Source: Clostridia bacterium
GTDB taxonomy: Bacteria; Bacillota; Clostridia; HGM11514
Direction of reading: 5' to 3'
NCBI GenBank assembly: GCA_045586685.1
Contig: JAZNAU010000016.1
Location: 1 to 22,494, forward strand
Length of the DNA stretch: 22,494 nt
In this document: in pieces, positions 17,088 to 22,494 of the stretch
How positions within the stretch are numbered: position 1 is the stretch's first letter
Layout of the letters: each line of letters opens with the position of its first letter
The notes under the pieces: generated by a model
The model's database searches: none
What the model saw: the letters and a program-made list of their open reading frames with translations, nothing else
What the model was told of the DNA's origin: nothing
Made by a program: the position numbers and the translations under genes

Positions 17088-18269
17088 TTGAAACGACAAA
17101 CACTGGTGGTGACAGCAATACTCCTTTTGGTGTTCATGCTGGTAACCGTTTTAGGGTCTGCTTTTTATAATATTGCTTTTGCACAAACAGCCACAGAGCA
17201 AGCGCAACAGGCTCGACAGGAGCAGGCAGAAACCCAACAAAAAATTGAAGAAAATCAGGAACAACAAGGAAATATGCTGGAATACAAGAGCCAGCTGGAT
17301 GAAACGATAAATGTACTGCATCTGGAATTGGAAACCTTGGAAGAAACCATTGTTTCCACCCAATCAGAGCTTGACAAACTGGAGATTGACTTAAAAAAGG
17401 CCCAAGAGAGAGTTGATATTCAGGATGAACTGATGAAAAAGCGGATTCGGGTGATGTATGAAGACGGTGCTTTGGGGTATTTGGATGTGCTTCTCAGTGC
17501 CAGAAGCTTTTCTGACCTAATGAGTCGGCTTGAAGCCATAAAAACAATTATGGAATATGATGCGAATCTTCTGAATAATTATGAGACAGCAAAAGCCACC
17601 GTTGAGGAAAATAAAATCTTGGTGGAACAGCATAAGAAATCTCTTGAAGAATCTCATGAGAGTAAAAGTGAGAAACAAGCACAACTGCAGGAGCAGTTGG
17701 ATTTGGCTCAGGCGGAAATTGACCGTTTGAGTGCCGAGGAGGATTCATTGCAGGAGGCTCTGGCTGCCGCAAGAGCTGCAGAGGAACAGGCAAATCAAAG
17801 AATTGCAGCGGCAATGGCCGCTTCCGGTGGGTATGTGGATACCAGCCAAGACGTGTATGTTCCCGCATATGCCGGCACCTTTATCTGGCCTTTTGCCCAA
17901 TCCTATCCCATTACTTCTCCTTTTTCGTACAGAATCAGTCCCATCTGGGGCAGCAGTGAATTGCATACCGGTCTTGATATAGGAGCACCTTATGGTACTA
18001 CCATTCGTGCTTCTGCGGCGGGGCGGGTATTGGTATCAGAATTTAATACAGGCGGATACGGAAACTATGTGGTCATTGATCACGGCGGCGGATATACCAC
18101 CCTTTACGGTCATGCAAGTATCAATTTGGTTCAGGCAGGGCAGACCGTCGTGCAGGGGCAGGCAATTTCTCAGGTAGGAAGTACCGGTTGGTCAACAGGA
18201 CCTCATCTGCATTTTGAAATCCGGATCAATAATTCTCCGGTGGATCCGTCTGCTTATGTATTGCAATAA
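17088..18269 (+). CDS. EnvC-like coiled-coil protein with a C-terminal M23 (LytM) peptidase domain
   Basis: TTG start behind AGGAGG; signal peptide, long coiled coil with RIRVMYEDG...L, and M23 motifs HTGLD, YGH and STGPHLHFE; follows ftsEX. Confidence 0.92.
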   Translation: MKRQTLVVTAILLLVFMLVTVLGSAFYNIAFAQTATEQAQQARQEQAETQQKIEENQEQQGNMLEYKSQLDETINVLHLELETLEETIVSTQSELDKLEIDLKKAQERVDIQDELMKKRIRVMYEDGALGYLDVLLSARSFSDLMSRLEAIKTIMEYDANLLNNYETAKATVEENKILVEQHKKSLEESHESKSEKQAQLQEQLDLAQAEIDRLSAEEDSLQEALAAARAAEEQANQRIAAAMAASGGYVDTSQDVYVPAYAGTFIWPFAQSYPITSPFSYRISPIWGSSELHTGLDIGAPYGTTIRASAAGRVLVSEFNTGGYGNYVVIDHGGGYTTLYGHASINLVQAGQTVVQGQAISQVGSTGWSTGPHLHFEIRINNSPVDPSAYVLQ

Positions 18270-18302
18270 TATGAAGTAATCTGATGAAAGGCGGCTTTCT
18301 AT

Positions 18303-19472
18303 TTGAAACAGTATAATAAGTCCTTTGTGATAAAGCTGTCCCTCCTTTTGGTAGGAGGGACTGCTGTGTTGACTACCTTCTTTGTCAGCCTGATGTTTCT
18401 TGCAGGCAGTTTTTTAGGAAGTGGCTTGACAACAATGAAAATACAACGGATTAAAACCTTAATTGATACCTACTATTTGAAAGAGTATGATGCCGAATTG
18501 GTGGAGAACGGTGCTTTTTATGGGATTCCGCTGATGTTGGGCGATCCTTATTCGGGTTATCTATCCTCTGATGATGTAGAAAGCTTAAAAGAAAGTGTTA
18601 CGGGTGAATATGTAGGAATCGGTGTTGAGGTGACAGTTGATCCGGAGGACGGACTGATTACGGTTATTTCCCCCATTGCCGATACTCCTGCCGCATTGGC
18701 AGGAATTCGCACAGGAGATAAGTTTTTAACCATTAACGGAGAAGAAGTAACGGGCAGTACTTTGGATGAAGTGGTTGCCAAGTTAAAAAACGGAAAGAAA
18801 AAAGAAGAAATTAAGCTTGAGCTGTTACGGGAAGGGGAAACGGTTTCTTTGACGGTTATCCGTGATGAAATTACCATTCACAGTGCCACGGGCAATATGC
18901 TTAACGAAGAAATCGGTTATTTGAAATTAAGCTCCTTTGATGATACTACCGTTAATGAATTCTCTGATACTTTATCCGGCTTGGAGAAAGAGGGCGCAAC
19001 CTCTTTGATTTTGGATTTGCGCGGAAATCCGGGGGGAACGGTAGAGGCTGCCCAATACGTAGCAGATTTATTTCTGGACGAAGGAATCTTTTATTATACC
19101 ATGGATAAAAACGGAGAGAAGGAATATTTTGAAACTGAGGAAGAAGTCAATTCCATCCCTCTGATTGTATTGATTAACGAAGGCAGTGCCAGTGCGTCAG
19201 AGATGCTGGCAGGTGCACTGCAGGATCGCGACCGCGCTACCTTGGTGGGAGCTAAGACCTTTGGGAAAGGCATTATGCAGCAGCATTTTATGGTAGATTC
19301 CTCCAGTATGTTAAAATTAACAACTCACGAATTTTACACTCCCAACGGAAATCGAATTCATGAAACAGGAATTTCACCGGATGTAGAGGTGCCTATGGAC
19401 AGCAGTGTACCTTTAGGCGATTTAGAGCAGGATATTCAGCTTCAGAAGGCAATTTCTTTGTTGGCTGAATAA
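18303..19472 (+). CDS. S41 family carboxy-terminal processing protease (CtpA/CtpB-like) with a PDZ domain
   Basis: N-terminal membrane anchor, DPYS, GIGV PDZ entry, DLRGNPGG, SASASE (catalytic Ser) and TFGKG (catalytic Lys). Confidence 0.94.
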   Translation: MKQYNKSFVIKLSLLLVGGTAVLTTFFVSLMFLAGSFLGSGLTTMKIQRIKTLIDTYYLKEYDAELVENGAFYGIPLMLGDPYSGYLSSDDVESLKESVTGEYVGIGVEVTVDPEDGLITVISPIADTPAALAGIRTGDKFLTINGEEVTGSTLDEVVAKLKNGKKKEEIKLELLREGETVSLTVIRDEITIHSATGNMLNEEIGYLKLSSFDDTTVNEFSDTLSGLEKEGATSLILDLRGNPGGTVEAAQYVADLFLDEGIFYYTMDKNGEKEYFETEEEVNSIPLIVLINEGSASASEMLAGALQDRDRATLVGAKTFGKGIMQQHFMVDSSSMLKLTTHEFYTPNGNRIHETGISPDVEVPMDSSVPLGDLEQDIQLQKAISLLAE

Positions 19473-19495
19473 GATGCCCCCTCCTTTCATATATT
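19467..19495 (+). promoter_or_regulatory. Putative sigmaE (mother-cell sporulation)-type promoter
   Basis: GAATA (19467-19471), 16 bp spacer, CATATATT (19488-19495), resembling the sigmaE consensus ATA-N16-18-CATAnnnT. Confidence 0.5.
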
Positions 19496-19519
19496 AGGAT
19501 GAATAAGGGGGGGCGGAAC

Positions 19520-20197
19520 ATGAAACAATTTATTTATTTGAGGCAGGATAACAAAAAATCTCTATTTCCGAAAATTCGCGAGGAAAGAAGGGATGCTTGT
19601 CTTATTTTCAATATGGCGGTGTGCAGTCATTTTTTTGACTCCATAACGGAAAGGCGGATTAGAAAGAGAGGATTGCCCGTGTTTTCTGAAATCCCCTTAG
19701 GTGGAATTTCCGTTTACCGCCCTCACAAAAAGCTGTTTTATAGGGAATTGGAAACGGTCCTTCGAAAGGCGGGACGCCGTTTGGGAACAGATTTTTGTCA
19801 GAGAGATATAGGAATTGTATGCGATACCTGTGAGCAGGCGTCCAATTTGATTCCTCGTTTGACGGCACCTGTCATTTGGGTTTTTTGTCGGGAAGAAGGG
19901 TTTGTATTTGAGGAGGAAGAAGGCAGTCCCGTGTTTGTCAGTCATGAAGATGAAAATATACGGAGATTGCCGACGGTGATTGCTTTGACGGAGCATCCGG
20001 CTCTGATCCGTCTTTCTCCCAAAACGGTGTTGTTTAATCTGACAGAACGGGAGTTTGTACGGGAATATACGATAAATGATGCATGGATGCGGATCCCATC
20101 CGAACTGAAAGCAACAGGAATTTCAAAAAAGGTGTTAAACAGTATTCTATTTGATATAGAGCAAACGGAAAAAATCTCCTCCTTACAGTGGGGATAA
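19520..20197 (+). CDS. Hypothetical protein, possibly sporulation-associated
   Basis: Open frame fills the gap between the S41 protease gene and greA; ATG 19520 follows AAGGGGGG. No motif recognised with confidence. Confidence 0.7.
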   Translation: MKQFIYLRQDNKKSLFPKIREERRDACLIFNMAVCSHFFDSITERRIRKRGLPVFSEIPLGGISVYRPHKKLFYRELETVLRKAGRRLGTDFCQRDIGIVCDTCEQASNLIPRLTAPVIWVFCREEGFVFEEEEGSPVFVSHEDENIRRLPTVIALTEHPALIRLSPKTVLFNLTEREFVREYTINDAWMRIPSELKATGISKKVLNSILFDIEQTEKISSLQWG

Positions 20198-20233
20198 AAT
20201 ATAAATATTTAGAAAAAAGGGTGAACAAAAACG

Positions 20234-20713
20234 ATGGCAGAAACTAAAAAGGTAATTTTGACATCTGAAGGCTTGGAAAAATTAGAACAGGAATTGGAAT
20301 ATCTGACAACAGAAAAGAGACAGGAAGTAGCCGCAAAAATTAAACAGGCATTGTCTTTTGGGGATTTATCCGAAAATTCGGAATATGACGAAGCAAAAAT
20401 TGAACAGGCTCAGGTAGAAGAACGAATTAAGGCACTGGATAATATGTTAAAAAATGTCCAGATTATTGAAGAGGAAGAAATTGACACAAAAAAAGTCGGT
20501 CTGGGAAGTAAAGTAAAGGTGCTGGATATGGAATTTAACGAAGAAATGGAATATACCATTGTAGGTTCTACAGAAGCAGATCCCAGTCAAAATAAGATTT
20601 CCGATGAATCTCCTGTAGGAAAAGCTTTGCTTGGACAGAAAAAGAACAAAGTTGTAGAAGCAACCGTTCCCGCAGGCGTAATTAAATTCAAAATTTTATC
20701 CATTACAAAATAA
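20234..20713 (+). CDS. greA: Transcription elongation factor GreA
   Basis: LTSEG...[18 protein letters not shown] and [12 protein letters not shown] motifs; precedes lysS. Confidence 0.97.
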   Translation: MAETKKVILTSEGLEKLEQELEYLTTEKRQEVAAKIKQALSFGDLSENSEYDEAKIEQAQVEERIKALDNMLKNVQIIEEEEIDTKKVGLGSKVKVLDMEFNEEMEYTIVGSTEADPSQNKISDESPVGKALLGQKKNKVVEATVPAGVIKFKILSITK

Positions 20714-20748
20714 TACAGCAGAAAATTTTATTTGAAAGGAAGACCTGC

Positions 20749-22305
20749 ATGTCAAACAATCAGAATCAAGTAGAAAACACGAAGGAATTGTCCGAGCTGT
20801 TACAAATCAGACGGGACAAGCTGACGGAACTTCAGCAGGAAGGCAGAGACCCGTTTCAGATTACTAAATATGAACGGACTCATTCTTCTAAAGAAATTTG
20901 TGAAAATTGCACCACGGAAGAACGCACTGTTGCTATTCGCGGAGAAGAAAAGCAGGTAACTGCCCAGATTTCTCCTCTTGACGGACAACGGGTAACAGTT
21001 GCAGGCAGAATTATGTCCAAACGGGGTATGGGTAAGGTTGGCTTTGTCCATATTGCGGATATGGACGGACAGATTCAGTTATTTGTGAAGAAGGATATTT
21101 TGGGCGAGGAAGAATATAACCGCTTTAAAAAGCTGGATATCGGGGATATTGTAGGAGCAGAAGGGGAAGTATTTACCACTCAAACAGGGGAAGTGTCTGT
21201 TCGGATTGACTGTATTACCCTGTTATCCAAATCCTTACAGCCTTTGCCTGAAAAATTCCACGGTATGACCGATACAGATATGCGTTACAGACAACGTTAT
21301 GTGGATTTGATTATGAATAAGGACGTCAAAGATACCTTTATCAAGCGGTCAAAAATCATTTCTTCTATTAGAAGCTATCTGGGTGCACAGGGATTTTTGG
21401 AAGTGGAGACTCCTATGCTTGTTTCCAATGCAGGGGGTGCAGCGGCACGTCCCTTTGAAACCCATTTTAATGCGTTGGATGAGGATTTCAAACTGAGAAT
21501 TTCTCTGGAACTATATTTAAAACGTTTGATTGTCGGCGGTCTGGAACGGGTTTATGAAATTGGACGTGTGTTCCGTAACGAAGGTCTGGATACTCGTCAC
21601 AATCCCGAATTTACATTGATGGAGCTGTATCAGGCATATACTGATTATCATGGCATGATGGATTTGACAGAAAATTTGTATCGTCATGTGGCAATGGAAG
21701 TGCTGGGTACTACAAAGATTGTATATAACGGTATAGAAATGGATTTGGGAAAACCCTTTGAACGGATTACCATGGTAGATGCCGTAAAGAAATATGCAGG
21801 TGTGGACTTTAATGAAATTAAAACCTTGGAAGAAGCACGTGCTGTTGCAAAAGAACATCATGTTGAATATGAAGAACGGCATAATAAGGGAGATATTTTG
21901 AACCTCTTCTTTGAAGATTATGTGGAAGAACACCTGCTCCAGCCTACATTTGTGATGGACCATCCTGTGGAGATTTCTCCCCTTACTAAGAAAAAGCCTG
22001 AAAATCCAGAATATGTGGAACGGTTTGAGTTCTTTATGAACGGTTGGGAAATGGCGAATGCTTATTCGGAGCTGAATGACCCCATTGACCAAAGAGAACG
22101 GTTCCGTGCACAGGAAGAACTTCTGGCACAGGGTGACGAGGAAGCAAATACCACAGATGAAGACTTTATGAGAGCCTTGGAAATCGGTATGCCTCCTACA
22201 GGCGGAATCGGGTTTGGAATCGACCGTATGTGCATGTTGCTGACCGATTCGGCAGCCATCCGCGACGTGCTGTTGTTCCCTACAATGAAGCCGCTTGAGA
22301 AATAA
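20749..22305 (+). CDS. lysS: Lysine--tRNA ligase (class II)
   Basis: VAGRIMSKRGMGK OB fold, YRQRYVDL, GGAAARPF, FRNEG...HNPEFT and GMPPTGGIGFGIDR...IRDVLLFPTMK motifs. Confidence 0.98.
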   Translation: MSNNQNQVENTKELSELLQIRRDKLTELQQEGRDPFQITKYERTHSSKEICENCTTEERTVAIRGEEKQVTAQISPLDGQRVTVAGRIMSKRGMGKVGFVHIADMDGQIQLFVKKDILGEEEYNRFKKLDIGDIVGAEGEVFTTQTGEVSVRIDCITLLSKSLQPLPEKFHGMTDTDMRYRQRYVDLIMNKDVKDTFIKRSKIISSIRSYLGAQGFLEVETPMLVSNAGGAAARPFETHFNALDEDFKLRISLELYLKRLIVGGLERVYEIGRVFRNEGLDTRHNPEFTLMELYQAYTDYHGMMDLTENLYRHVAMEVLGTTKIVYNGIEMDLGKPFERITMVDAVKKYAGVDFNEIKTLEEARAVAKEHHVEYEERHNKGDILNLFFEDYVEEHLLQPTFVMDHPVEISPLTKKKPENPEYVERFEFFMNGWEMANAYSELNDPIDQRERFRAQEELLAQGDEEANTTDEDFMRALEIGMPPTGGIGFGIDRMCMLLTDSAAIRDVLLFPTMKPLEK

Positions 22306-22344
22306 ACCTAGTGTTTATGCAGATTTGAGGGTGTTAAGTGCTGA

Positions 22345-22388
22345 AATTTACGCCCAATTTACGCCAAACTTACGCCATAATACGCAAA
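22345..22388. repeat. Tandem ~11-bp repeats resembling integrase arm-type binding sites
   Basis: AATTTACGCCC / AATTTACGCCA / AACTTACGCCA / TAATACGCAAA; TACGC cores at 22349, 22360, 22371 and 22381. Confidence 0.75.
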
Positions 22389-22420
22389 AAGTTATGCACT
22401 AAATAGGAACCTTAACTATT

Positions 22421-22457
22421 AAACTCCTTGCAAATGTAATTGTTGCAAGGAGTTTTT
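22421..22457 (+). terminator. Terminator-like hairpin downstream of lysS
   Basis: AAACTCCTTGCAA-N9-TTGCAAGGAGTTT forms a perfect 13-bp stem followed by Ts. Confidence 0.7.
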
Positions 22458-22494
22458 GATAAAATAAAGTAATTATAATTTAAACGGTGTAATG

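Noticed and set aside
340-22259. Numerous antisense or alternative-frame ORFs within housekeeping genes (e.g. 4939-5409, 6040-6567, 10936-11562, 21517-22092)
   Set aside because: Shadow ORFs of well-supported genes, with no RBS or motif support.

Overview
This is an AT-rich chromosomal housekeeping region of a Clostridia-type (Bacillota) bacterium; the taxon is inferred from gene content, sigmaA promoters and AGGAGG ribosome-binding sites. Genes in order: DUF368 protein (partial) and a patatin gene (-), a lipoprotein (+), mrnC-cysS (-), Lrp/AsnC regulator-aminotransferase-DUF362/4Fe-4S protein-trmL-DegV (+), pgk-tpiA-gpmI (+), citrate synthase (-), CdaR-like regulator-ftsE-ftsX-EnvC-like M23 peptidase-S41 protease (+), a hypothetical gene, greA and lysS (+). 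The unexplained signal is non-coding. (1) A ~500-bp GC-rich element (12149-12679) with nested long-range base pairing and no credible ORF lies between the gpmI and citrate synthase terminators, bracketed by a 32-bp hairpin direct repeat. It is a candidate novel large ncRNA or non-autonomous mobile element. (2) A ~240-bp MITE-like insertion is flanked by a duplicated terminator hairpin (1843-2134). (3) An att-like signature follows lysS. (4) A sigmaE-like promoter sits inside an anti-Shine-Dalgarno hairpin upstream of the hypothetical gene. All structures were read by eye; no database searches or folding programs were run.
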